The notes below the pieces were generated by a model, which was not told the origin of the DNA, made no database searches, and worked only from the letters and a program-made list of their open reading frames with translations. Position numbers and translations under genes: made by a program. This document shows positions 18,032 through 26,286 of a stretch of 27,093 nucleotides of DNA, piece by piece. How positions within the stretch are numbered: position 1 is the stretch's first letter; every line of letters begins with the position of its first letter. Origin of the DNA: an uncultured Actinomycetes bacterium (GTDB taxonomy: Bacteria > Actinomycetota > Thermoleophilia > UBA2241); NCBI GenBank assembly GCA_963767005.1, contig CAVYCN010000009.1, forward strand, positions 1-27,093, read 5' to 3'.

Positions 18032-18328
18032 ATGACCATGACCGACGAACGCAACGCAAACGCCAAGACCGAGCGGCTCAACCTCCGCGCGACCGAGGCC
18101 GAGAAGACGCTGCTCGAGCAGGCTGCCGACGTGAGTCACCAGGGGCTGAGCCAGTTCGTGCTGCAAGCCGCCCTGCGCTCGGCCGGCGACGTGTTGGCCG
18201 ACCAGACCAGGTTCGTGCTCCCCGCCGGCAAATGGGAAGAGCTCGTGGCACTGCTCGATCAGCCGGCGCGCGTGCTGCCGGCCCTCAGGGAGGCCGCGGC
18301 CAAGCCGAGTCCGTTTGCCGGGCGCTGA
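18032..18328 (+). CDS. DUF1778 ribbon-helix-helix antitoxin (TacA/AtaR-like)
   Basis: KTERLNLRATEAEKTLLEQAA...LSQFVL.AA..A..VLADQ.RF.L...W..LLDQP. Confidence 0.9.
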   Translation: MTMTDERNANAKTERLNLRATEAEKTLLEQAADVSHQGLSQFVLQAALRSAGDVLADQTRFVLPAGKWEELVALLDQPARVLPALREAAAKPSPFAGR

Positions 18329-18824
18329 TCTCCTGCAGGGACCGCTCCCGCTCGACGCCGCGCACGACGTCGAGCAGTTCGACAGCGGTGCGCGCGACCT
18401 CGACGACTATCTCAAACGCCGGGCGCTGAGCGACCAGCGGGCCGGCAAGTCGCGGACGTTCGTCGCCCTCCGGGCGGGGCGCGTGGTCGCCTTCTTCAGC
18501 CTGGCGGCGGCGAGCATCGAACCCGTCGACGCCACCGAGCGGGCGGCGCGAGGACAGGGCGCCCAGCCCATCCCGGCGATCCTGGTGGCGCGCCTCGCGG
18601 TCGATGCCGCCGAGCAGGGCCACGGGCTGGGCGGCGCCATGCTCGTTGAGGCGCTTGCGCGCTGCGCCCAGGCGGCCGGGGTCGTCGGCGCGCGAGTAGT
18701 CCTGGTCCACGCCAAGACCGCCGGCGCCCGCCTGTTCTACGAACGATTCGGTTTCGAGCCCTCGCCGACCCACCCGCTCCATCTCATCCTGCTCATGAAG
18801 GACGTCCGCAGGAGCCTCTCCTAG
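18315..18824 (+). CDS. GNAT acetyltransferase toxin (TacT/AtaT-like)
   Basis: HD...FDSG..LDDYLKRRA, PIPAILVARLAVD, QGHGLG acetyl-CoA motif, FYERFGF. Overlaps the antitoxin. Confidence 0.9.
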   Translation: MPGADLLQGPLPLDAAHDVEQFDSGARDLDDYLKRRALSDQRAGKSRTFVALRAGRVVAFFSLAAASIEPVDATERAARGQGAQPIPAILVARLAVDAAEQGHGLGGAMLVEALARCAQAAGVVGARVVLVHAKTAGARLFYERFGFEPSPTHPLHLILLMKDVRRSLS

Positions 18825-18883
18825 GCGGCAAGCTCAGTTCGAAGCGAGGAGAGCTCGGGGCGGGGCGGGGAGAGCTCAGGTCT

Positions 18884-18921
18884 GGGCGGGGCGGCGAGCT
18901 TTCGAGCTCGCCGCCCCGCCC
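18884..18921. repeat. REP-like palindrome, copy 5
   Basis: GGGCGGGGCGGCGAGCT-TTCG-AGCTCGCCGCCCCGCCC, with partial arm fragments just upstream (18850-18877). Confidence 0.85.
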
Positions 18922-19010
18922 TCTCTGCCGGCTCACGCTCGCGGCGCGCGGGGGGGCACGCGCCGCCGCCGGTCAGTCGCCGCGCCCGGGGGGACGCGCG
19001 GCGGACGGTC

Positions 19011-20348
19011 CTAGTGACCGTACGTGCGGCCGGCCTCGATGAAGGCCTTGTAGGCGGCCGGGTCGCCCTCGTCGAGCACGACGCCGCTGCTCAGAATGAA
19101 GCCGCCGTCGCCGGCCGCCGTGGCCAGCAGGTCCTTGACGTAGGCGTCCATCTTCTCGGGCGTGCCCATGGTGAAGAGCGCCGCCGGCACGTTGCCGCCG
19201 ATGCACTGGCGGGTCCCGACGATGGCCTTGGCCCGCGCCATGTCGGTGGCGTCGAACATCCAGACCATGCTGTGGGCCGGGATCTCGTCGTCGGCGATCA
19301 CCTCGAGACGCGTGTTGTACGAGCCCTCGACGAAGACCCAGGGCACGAGGCCCTCGGCGATCAGGCCGAGCAGCACGCCCTTGAAGCTCGGCCAGTAGAG
19401 CTCCCTGAAGTCGGCGTCGGACATGAAGCCGTCGGCGCCCTTGTGGATCGGGATGAAGACGATCGGATTGCCGGTCATGTTGCTGGAGCGCACGGCCCAG
19501 TCGATGGCCTGCGGCACGAGCCGGTCCATGGCCGCCTTGACCTTCTCGGGCCGGCGGAACTTGTCGAGCATCAGGCCGCGCGTGCCGCGCATCGTGTCGC
19601 CCAGGATGTCGTAGGGCGCCTTGGTGGCGCCGCCCGCGGTCTGCGGGATGCCGAGCGTGGCCATGATCCTGCCGTCGACCGCCATGAACGCCTGCAGCCA
19701 CTCCATGGCGGCGTCGCCGGCGTCCATCAGCTTCTGTAGCATCGCCTTGACCGGCGGCGCCGAGAAGCCCGCGAAGAACGGCGCCGAGAAGGGGATCTCG
19801 ACGAGATCGGTCCAGGGCGGCAGCATGGCAAAGGGCTCGAGCGCGCCGAACGTGCGCGGCAGGTAGACGCGCTGCCAGTAGTTGCTCGGGTCCTGGATGA
19901 GGAGGTCGTACTCGTCGTCCTTCATCCATTCCTTCTCGTTGTACTGGTAGCTCGTGTCTTCGGGCGTGCCGTGGCCGGGCCAGTCGTTCAGCCGGTAGTC
20001 GAGGACGTCGAAGAGCTTGCCCGGCACGATGCCGAGGGTCAGGCCGATGGCGTCGGGCCGCGTGTCGACGTGGAAGCGGTACCAGTCTTCTTTGAACACG
20101 TCGTAGTCGTAGTAGGCGTCGTGGCCGGTGTGGCCGTAGAAGCGGAACGGCAGCAAGCCGATCCAGGGCGCGATCGGCACGGTGGCCGGCTTCTTGAGCT
20201 CGAGCACGTCGCGATAGAGCTGCACGCGGTCACGGTAGGCCTGCGCCGTCTCGGGCGAGGCGAACTCGATGGGCACGTTCTGCCAGGCGTCGAGACGAAA
20301 GGCGAGGCGCTGCTCCGGCGAGAGCTCGTTCCAGTTGTCAGGCAGCAT
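19011..20348 (-). CDS. Uroporphyrinogen decarboxylase-fold (URO-D/MtaA/CmuA superfamily) corrinoid methyltransferase
   Basis: APYDILGDTMRG, RPEKVKAA, IPIHKGADGFMS...F...YWP, CIGGNVP, GTPE, GGFILS. GGAGG RBS precedes ATG 20348; overlaps the corrinoid protein gene. Confidence 0.85.
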   Translation of the reverse strand: MLPDNWNELSPEQRLAFRLDAWQNVPIEFASPETAQAYRDRVQLYRDVLELKKPATVPIAPWIGLLPFRFYGHTGHDAYYDYDVFKEDWYRFHVDTRPDAIGLTLGIVPGKLFDVLDYRLNDWPGHGTPEDTSYQYNEKEWMKDDEYDLLIQDPSNYWQRVYLPRTFGALEPFAMLPPWTDLVEIPFSAPFFAGFSAPPVKAMLQKLMDAGDAAMEWLQAFMAVDGRIMATLGIPQTAGGATKAPYDILGDTMRGTRGLMLDKFRRPEKVKAAMDRLVPQAIDWAVRSSNMTGNPIVFIPIHKGADGFMSDADFRELYWPSFKGVLLGLIAEGLVPWVFVEGSYNTRLEVIADDEIPAHSMVWMFDATDMARAKAIVGTRQCIGGNVPAALFTMGTPEKMDAYVKDLLATAAGDGGFILSSGVVLDEGDPAAYKAFIEAGRTYGH

Positions 20349-20982
20349 CGCGCGCACCTCCCACCCAGGTCCTGACCAGCTCGACCGCGCCGACCGCGTC
20401 CTTGGCCCAGCCGTCGGCGCCGGTGAACACCTGCACCTCGTCGGTGACGGGCGCGCCGCCGACCATGATCTTGACGTCCTTGCGCAGGCCGGCCTGCTCG
20501 AGCGCGACGACCGACGCTTTCATCGAATCGAAGGCCACCGTGAGCAGACCGGATAGACCGACGACCTGCGGCTGGACCTCGCGCACCTTGGCGACCAGCG
20601 TCTCGACCGGCACGTCGACGCCGAGGTCGACCACCTCGAAGCCGCCGATGTCGAGCATGGTGGCGACGATGTCCTTGCCGATGTCGTGGATGTCGCCCTT
20701 GACCGTGCAGAGCACGACCGTGCCGACCTTCTTCGAGCTGGTCGAGCCGGCAAGGTGCGGCTTCAGCTTGACGGTGATGCCCTGCATGATCTCGCCGGCC
20801 ATGATCAGCTCGGGGATGAACGCCTCGCCACACGAGAAGCGCCGGCCGATCTCGTCCATCGCCTCCTTGCAGGTCTCGACGATGGCGAGCGGGTCGGTCC
20901 CGCCGTCGAGCAGCCGCTCGGTGATCGCCAGCGCGTCCTGTTCACGCAGGCCGATCACCGCTTCCTTCAGTTCGTCCGTCAT
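20338..20982 (-). CDS. Methyltransferase cognate corrinoid protein (MtaC/MttC-like)
   Basis: Cap domain FIPELIMAGEIM, B12 motif GDIHDIGK (DxHxxG), DLGVDVP, VGLSGLL, VGGAPV, GADG. RBS AAGGAGG. Confidence 0.93.
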   Translation of the reverse strand: MTDELKEAVIGLREQDALAITERLLDGGTDPLAIVETCKEAMDEIGRRFSCGEAFIPELIMAGEIMQGITVKLKPHLAGSTSSKKVGTVVLCTVKGDIHDIGKDIVATMLDIGGFEVVDLGVDVPVETLVAKVREVQPQVVGLSGLLTVAFDSMKASVVALEQAGLRKDVKIMVGGAPVTDEVQVFTGADGWAKDAVGAVELVRTWVGGARDAA

Positions 20983-21063
20983 CACTCCTCCTTGCCGGGT
21001 CCTCAGGCGATGCAGCCACCGCAGGCGATGCGACCGCCGTCGCGCCGTCACAGGTGCAATGTC

Positions 21064-21094
21064 AATATATATAGATATATACTTCGTCATGCAA
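21064..21094. promoter_or_regulatory. AT-rich palindromic operator overlapping the promoter of the corrinoid operon
   Basis: TATATATAGATATATA (21066-21081, 14/16 palindromic) inside a minus-strand TTGCAT...TATATA/TATATT promoter; a striking anomaly in GC-rich DNA. Confidence 0.65.
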
Positions 21095-21130
21095 GACCTG
21101 CTCGCTGCGATTGGTAGGATGCGAAGGACC

Positions 21131-21886
21131 GTGGCTGCGTCGGAGACATTGGCCGGGCTGAAGCCCATCGACCGCTCGTCGTTCGAGCCCGCCTACATCC
21201 AGCTCGTCAACATCCTGAGCCACGCCATCGCCCGCGGCGACTACCGCGCCGGCGACCAGCTCCCCACCGAGGCCGAGCTCTGCGCCGCCTTCGACGTCAG
21301 CCCGATGACCGTGCGCCGCGCCGTCGGCGTGCTGCTCGATCGCGGCTTCGTGAGCACCGCCCGCGGCCGCGGCACGTTCGTCAAGCCGCTGCACATCTCG
21401 GCCGCGAGCTTCGAGCTGAGTGAGTTCCACGACCTGCTCGCCGACCCCGCCGTCACCGCGCGCGTGCTCGAGGCGCGCGTGATGCCGGCTGGCGCGCGCG
21501 CCGCCGCCAACCTGGGCGTGTCCGAGGGCACGCGCGTGATCAGCATCCGCCGCCTGCTGCAACGCGGCGACGAGCCGCTCTTCTACCATCGCGAGTCGCT
21601 CGCCTACGATCCCGAGCGACCGACGGTCGAGGCCGAGCTCGGCGTGACGGCGCTGCGCGACCTCTTCGAGGGCGGCGGCGCGGCCGGGCCCAAGCGCGGC
21701 GAGCTCGTCGTGCACGCGTCGGTCCTCACCGGCGAGGAGGCCCGCTATGTCGGGCGCCCCGCCGGCAGCGCCGCGCTCGTCGTCGAGCACCTGTTCTTCG
21801 ACTACGACGACAAGCCGATGAGCTGGGGCCGGTTCGTCTGCCGCGGCGACCTGCTGCAGCTCCGCGCTGTGATCGGTGCCCGATGA
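21131..21886 (+). CDS. GntR family regulator, HutC/UTRA subfamily
   Basis: PAYIQL...I..G.Y..GDQLPTEAEL...FDVSPMTVRRA...RGRGTFV wHTH followed by a UTRA domain. The start could be 21089, 21119 or 21131. Confidence 0.9.
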   Translation: MAASETLAGLKPIDRSSFEPAYIQLVNILSHAIARGDYRAGDQLPTEAELCAAFDVSPMTVRRAVGVLLDRGFVSTARGRGTFVKPLHISAASFELSEFHDLLADPAVTARVLEARVMPAGARAAANLGVSEGTRVISIRRLLQRGDEPLFYHRESLAYDPERPTVEAELGVTALRDLFEGGGAAGPKRGELVVHASVLTGEEARYVGRPAGSAALVVEHLFFDYDDKPMSWGRFVCRGDLLQLRAVIGAR

Positions 21887-22578
21887 AGCCCGCCGGTCGA
21901 CTCGATCCGTCGTCGCTGCCGGGCCTGATCGCCGCCCTCGACGAGCGGGCGTCGCTTGCCGAGGTACGCCGCCGCGTCGCGGCCGGTGAGACGCCGCTCG
22001 CCGTCATCGCCGACTGCCGCGTGGGCATGGACTACGTCGGCCGTCACTACGAGAGCGGCAAGTACTTCATCGGCGGGCTCATCATGGCCGGCGAGATCTT
22101 CCGCGAGGCGATGGAGATCCTCGAGCCGCTGATGCCGGGCGACGAGGCCGCGGCCGGCGTGGCGCCGGTGGGCGCGCCCACCGGCGCCACGCCGGCCGCC
22201 GGGGTCCTGGTGTGCACGGTGCGCGGCGACATCCACGACATCGGCAAGAGCATCCTCGTCATGCTGCTGCGCGCCCAGGGGCACGTCGTGCACGACCTGG
22301 GTGTCGACGTACCCCCCGACGAGGTCGCCCGCCACGCCCTGGAGCTGCGACCCGACGTCGTCGGGCTGTCCGGACTCCTCACGGGGGCGCACCCGAGCAT
22401 GCGCGAGACGGTGGCCGAGCTGCGGCGCGTGGCGCCGCAGCTCGGCCACCGTCTCGTCGTCGCGGTCGGCGGCTCGTCGGTGAACGAGCAGGTCTGCGCC
22501 TGGACGGGCGCCGACCTGTGGGCCGACGAGGCGGTGCGCGGCGTCGAGCTCATCGCCGCCGCGCTCGCGCGGCGCTGA
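21883..22578 (+). CDS. Second cobalamin-binding protein, translationally coupled to GntR
   Basis: ATGA overlap, YFIGGLIMAGEIF, TVRGDIHDIGK, DLGVDVP, VGLSGLL, VGG. Confidence 0.9.
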   Translation: MKPAGRLDPSSLPGLIAALDERASLAEVRRRVAAGETPLAVIADCRVGMDYVGRHYESGKYFIGGLIMAGEIFREAMEILEPLMPGDEAAAGVAPVGAPTGATPAAGVLVCTVRGDIHDIGKSILVMLLRAQGHVVHDLGVDVPPDEVARHALELRPDVVGLSGLLTGAHPSMRETVAELRRVAPQLGHRLVVAVGGSSVNEQVCAWTGADLWADEAVRGVELIAAALARR

Positions 22579-22722
22579 GTCGACCGACGCGGGCCGGCCG
22601 CGAAGAACGCGGCACCGCGCTTCCCTCCGTCCCCCGCGGCGAGTAGCCTTGAAGGGCTCGACGACTCGCGGCGGCGATCAGCCGCCGATGTCGCGAGTCC
22701 GCGCGCCGATCGGGGGTAGCAC

Positions 22723-23367
22723 ATGGCCGAACCGCGAACCAATCCCTACGTCTGGGTCACCTGGCTCACCAAGCAGCTCGCCGGCGAAGACTCCTGCCGC
22801 TGGAAGCTCTGGTTTCGCGCCCACCACACCTACGAGCGCGCGCCGAGCGACTTCGACCTGGCGCGCTGGACCGCCGACCACACGAAGCTGCTGAACACCC
22901 AGGCCGACGAGCTGCGCGACCAGGGCTACGCCGTCTACCTCGAGGGCCAGAACGACTTCCGCCTGCACGGCGCCAACGGGGCCACGCTCGCCGGCAAGGC
23001 CGACATCGTGGCGATCGGCCCACACGACGCCGTCGTGATCGACTGCAAGACCGGCAAGGAGCGCAACTCCGACAAGCTCCAGGTGCTGCTCTACATGCTC
23101 GCGCTGCCGCTCACCGTGGTGCACTGCCGCGGCCGGCAGCTGCGCGGCGAGGTGCGCTACCGCGAGACCGGCGCCGGCGTGGCCGCCGACGCGGTCGACA
23201 ACGAGTTTCGCGCCATGGTCAAAGACGCGATGGACCTCGCCGCCTCGCCGGTCGCGCCGCTCAAGACGCCGAGCGCCTCCGAATGCCGCTACTGCGACGT
23301 CACGGCGGCCGACTGCCCCGACCGCGTCGACGAAGCCGCGACCGTCACCGACACCGACCTCTTCTAG
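22723..23367 (+). CDS. PD-(D/E)XK nuclease, Cas4/AddB-like with a putative Fe-S cluster
   Basis: GKADIV...IDCKTG...QVLLY motifs; N-terminal Cys (SCRWK) plus C-terminal CRYC-x6-C. Confidence 0.8.
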   Translation: MAEPRTNPYVWVTWLTKQLAGEDSCRWKLWFRAHHTYERAPSDFDLARWTADHTKLLNTQADELRDQGYAVYLEGQNDFRLHGANGATLAGKADIVAIGPHDAVVIDCKTGKERNSDKLQVLLYMLALPLTVVHCRGRQLRGEVRYRETGAGVAADAVDNEFRAMVKDAMDLAASPVAPLKTPSASECRYCDVTAADCPDRVDEAATVTDTDLF

Positions 23368-23380
23368 ACGCGCCGCCCGG

Positions 23381-23434
23381 CCCGGCGCCGTCGCGCCGCG
23401 CGCCCGTCCCGGCGCCGTCGCGCCGCGCGTCCGT
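23381..23434. repeat. Tandem duplication, 2 x 27 bp
   Basis: CCCGGCGCCGTCGCGCCGCGCG(C/T)CCGT twice. Confidence 0.7.
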
Positions 23435-23564
23435 CTGAGGGCACGTCGTTCCCGTCGCGGAGCGTCGCGTCGCACCGACCCGCCACGGCCAGCCGGCATC
23501 GAACCGACCCTTGCCCGGGAACACCTGCTGCGACGAAGACGATGCCAAAAGCAAGGAGGGCGGC

Positions 23565-24152
23565 ATGACCGAGCAAGAGGTGTTCGTGCTCGCCGAACGG
23601 GCGCTGCAGGCCGTGGTCGCGCAGATCCGCGACGACCAGTGGGAGCGCCTGGTGCCCGACGAGATGACCCCGCGGCAGCCGGGCTCGACGCTGCGCCAGG
23701 TCGTCAACTACCTCGCCTACGACGATGCCTGGGTGCCCGACGTGCTCGCCGGCCGCACGATCGACGAGATCGGCACGCCCCACGACGGCGACCTGCTGGG
23801 CGACGACCTCCAGGGATCGGTCGCGCGCCTGGCCGACATCGCCTGCAGCGCCGTCGAGCGCGTCGCCGACCTCGACACGCCGGTCCACCTGACCTACGGC
23901 GACTGGCCGGCGCGCGAATACCTCAGCCACATCACGTTCTTCCGCGCGCGCCGCGTCTACGACATCGCGCGCTTCATCGGCGCCGACCCGGCGCTGCCGC
24001 CGGCGCTGGTGCAGGGCCTGCTCGACGAGCTCGAGCCGCGCGCCGAGCAGTGGCGCCGGTACCACGTGATCGGCACGCCGCTCGAGCCGCCGGCCGACGC
24101 GACGCCGCAGGAACGCTGGCTCGCGCTTACGGGGTACGAGCCGCGACCGTGA
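23565..24152 (+). CDS. DinB/MDMPI superfamily (TIGR03086-like) protein
   Basis: I.DDQW, TLRQVVN, DLLGDD, VHLTYG, YDIARFIG, DATPQERWLALTG. RBS AAGGAGG. Confidence 0.75.
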   Translation: MTEQEVFVLAERALQAVVAQIRDDQWERLVPDEMTPRQPGSTLRQVVNYLAYDDAWVPDVLAGRTIDEIGTPHDGDLLGDDLQGSVARLADIACSAVERVADLDTPVHLTYGDWPAREYLSHITFFRARRVYDIARFIGADPALPPALVQGLLDELEPRAEQWRRYHVIGTPLEPPADATPQERWLALTGYEPRP

Positions 24153-24182
24153 ATGAACGGACGGCCGTGGTGACCGGTGCCG

Positions 24183-24539
24183 TCAGGCGGCACGCCGCGA
24201 CACGAAGTCGCGCGCCTCGTGAGCCAGAGCGAGCCACTGCGGCTCGGCGAGCTGCGGACCGACCGTCACCCATTCGCGCATGAGCCTGCCGCCGCCCGGA
24301 TCGTAGCGCTCCCCCTCGCCCAGCGTGACCAGCGTGTCGACGCGGTGCTGGGGCAGCTTGACCACGAGCCAGCCCTGCACCAGCATCGCGAAGATGCGGT
24401 CGTCGACCTTGAGGGCCGCGGCGCCGAAACCGGTGCGGCGCGGACCGTCGTCGGTCTGCCTGCTGACTGCCGGGTCGGTGAGGAAGGTGCGGCAGAGGGT
24501 CTCGAAGCGTTCGTCGGGGGCAACGCGCGGGTCGGTCAT
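24183..24539 (-). CDS. Small TfoX/YjbR-like hypothetical protein
   Basis: GFGAAALKVDDRIFAM..G.LVVKLP..RVD.LV..G.G...D.G.GR.MREW. Confidence 0.7.
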   Translation of the reverse strand: MTDPRVAPDERFETLCRTFLTDPAVSRQTDDGPRRTGFGAAALKVDDRIFAMLVQGWLVVKLPQHRVDTLVTLGEGERYDPGGGRLMREWVTVGPQLAEPQWLALAHEARDFVSRRAA

Positions 24540-24661
24540 GGGCGGACCACCTCTCTCAAAGCTCGCCGTGGAACCGTTCATCAGGACTCGTTCTTACCAC
24601 GAACGGCGACTCCTCTGACACACCACTGGCCGCGACCCGAGAAAGCACGGATACTATCGCC

Positions 24662-25633
24662 ATGACAGGACCGGTAGAGCGAGCGGCAGTCGACCTCGTG
24701 AACGCGCGCTACTCGTGTCGCGCGTACCGCGACGAGCCGATCGCCGCCGACGCGCGAGCCAGCCTCGCCGCGCACCTGGCGACCCACACCGTGGGGCCGC
24801 TCGGCTCACGGGCGCGCTTCGCTCTGGTCGCCGCGGCTCCCGAAGACTCGGCTGCGCTGCGTCGCCTCGGCACCTACGGCTTCATAAAGGGCGCCCAGGG
24901 GTTCCTCGTCGGCGCCGTGCGGCGCGGCCCGCGCGACCTCGAGGACTACGGCTACCTGGTCGAACAGGCCATCCTGCAGGCGACCGCTCTCGGCCTCGGC
25001 ACCTGCTGGCTGGGCGGCACGTTCACCAAGGGCGGCTTCACTCAGCGCCTCGGCGACCTCGAAAGCGACGAGATCGTGCCGGCCGTGGTGTCGCTCGGCT
25101 ACCCGGCCGGTGACGGCAGCGCGCGCATCCGCGAACGCAAGGCGGGCAGCCGCAGGCTGCCCGCCTCCTCTCTGTTCTTCGCCGAGCGCCCGGGCGAGCC
25201 GCTGGCGCTCGCGTCCGGCGATCCCTGGGCCACGGCGCTCGAGGCGGTGCGCATGGCGCCGTCGGCCAGCAACAAGCAGCCCTGGCGCGTGCTGCGACGC
25301 GGCGCCGACTGGCACTTCCTGCTACAACGCACCAGGCGCTACGGCAAGGGCAGTGCCGTGTTCGTCGTGCTGCGCCTGGCCGACCTGCAACGCGTCGACC
25401 TGGGCATCGCCCTGTGCCACTTCGAGCTCGTCGCGCGCGAGCTCGGTCTGAGCGGGGGCTGGGTGTTCGACGAGCCCGCGGCCGGCGTGTCCGGCAGCGT
25501 GCTCGAGTACGTCGCCACCTGGCGGGGCGCGACCGGCTCTAGCCGGCCCGCTCCCCGCGCTCGCGGCGCAGCGCCGCCGCGAGGCCGTCGAGCAGCACCG
25601 TCACGTGGAACTCGAAGGCGTCGTCGAGAGTGA
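24662..25633 (+). CDS. Nitroreductase family protein (TM1586-like)
   Basis: RYSCRAY, LGTYGFIKGA, LGLGTCWLGGTF, APSASNKQPW, DLGIALCHF. The last ~30 aa overlap TetR and look spurious. Confidence 0.88.
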   Translation: MTGPVERAAVDLVNARYSCRAYRDEPIAADARASLAAHLATHTVGPLGSRARFALVAAAPEDSAALRRLGTYGFIKGAQGFLVGAVRRGPRDLEDYGYLVEQAILQATALGLGTCWLGGTFTKGGFTQRLGDLESDEIVPAVVSLGYPAGDGSARIRERKAGSRRLPASSLFFAERPGEPLALASGDPWATALEAVRMAPSASNKQPWRVLRRGADWHFLLQRTRRYGKGSAVFVVLRLADLQRVDLGIALCHFELVARELGLSGGWVFDEPAAGVSGSVLEYVATWRGATGSSRPAPRARGAAPPRGRRAAPSRGTRRRRRE

Positions 25634-26213
25634 GCAGCCAGGCCCGCGTGGGGACCGCGCCGAGCGCGCCGCCGGCCGCTCCGAGCGCCGCCTCGTCGAC
25701 CTGGGCCTCGGGCACGTCGCGCAGCACCGCGGGATCGCCCGCGGCGAGCAGAAAGCCGTTGAGCGCAGTGAAGAACGACGAGAGGGCCTGCGCGCTCGCC
25801 GCGGAGCCGAACCCCGCGCTCTGGAGCCGCTCGATGAGCACGGCGCCGCGCTCGAGCAGCGCGGCGCCGGCCGTCGAGCGGGTCGCCAGCAGCACGAAGG
25901 CGCCCGGATGTCGCCGGGCGAGGTCGCGCCAGGCGTGCGCGGCCGCCGCGAGGCAGTCGCGCCAGCCGCCGGCCGGCGGCTCGGGCAGCTCGCGTGCCAG
26001 GGCGTCGGCCATGACGTCGAGCAGCGCCGCCTTGGACGGCACGTGATGGTAGAGCGACATCGCCTCGACGCCGAGGCCGTCGGCCAGGCGGCGCATGCTC
26101 AGGGCGTCGAGCCCGTCACGGTCGGCGATCGCGATGGCCTGGCCGGCGATGCGCTCGACCGACAGCGCCGGCCGCGCGGGGCGGCCCGCCCCGCGTGCTC
26201 TCTTCTCCGTCAT
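25539..26213 (-). CDS. TetR family regulator (TetR_C type)
   Basis: LSVERI...A...AD.DGLDALSMRRLA..LGVEAMSLYHHVPSK HTH; FEF....LLDGL. Confidence 0.92.
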   Translation of the reverse strand: MTEKRARGAGRPARPALSVERIAGQAIAIADRDGLDALSMRRLADGLGVEAMSLYHHVPSKAALLDVMADALARELPEPPAGGWRDCLAAAAHAWRDLARRHPGAFVLLATRSTAGAALLERGAVLIERLQSAGFGSAASAQALSSFFTALNGFLLAAGDPAVLRDVPEAQVDEAALGAAGGALGAVPTRAWLLTLDDAFEFHVTVLLDGLAAALRRERGERAG

Positions 26214-26215
26214 GG

Positions 26216-26268
26216 TTGACACCTTACGCCGTAAGGCCTAGCCTGGCAAGCGGACCTTACGACGTAAG
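26216..26268. promoter_or_regulatory. Overlapping divergent promoters with two TetR operators
   Basis: Plus strand TTGACA-17-TAGCCT (26216-26244); minus strand TTGCCA-17-TAAGGT (26249-26221). Operators CCTTACG-C-CGTAAGG (26222-26236) and CTTACG-A-CGTAAG (26256-26268). Confidence 0.85.
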
Positions 26269-26286
26269 ATATCGACCGGGGGGCGC

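Noticed and set aside
21060-21065. Perfect TTGACA on the minus strand
   Set aside because: No plausible -10 at 16-18 bp downstream; the TTGCAT/TATATA pair fits better.
20800-22380. Cobalamin riboswitch near the corrinoid genes, or an inversion between their similar inverted DNA segments
   Set aside because: No B12-box is recognisable in the short intergenic space, and the similarity is explained by paralogous coding motifs.
23381-23434. Direct repeat next to the Cas4-like gene as a mini-CRISPR
   Set aside because: Only two abutting units with no spacer.
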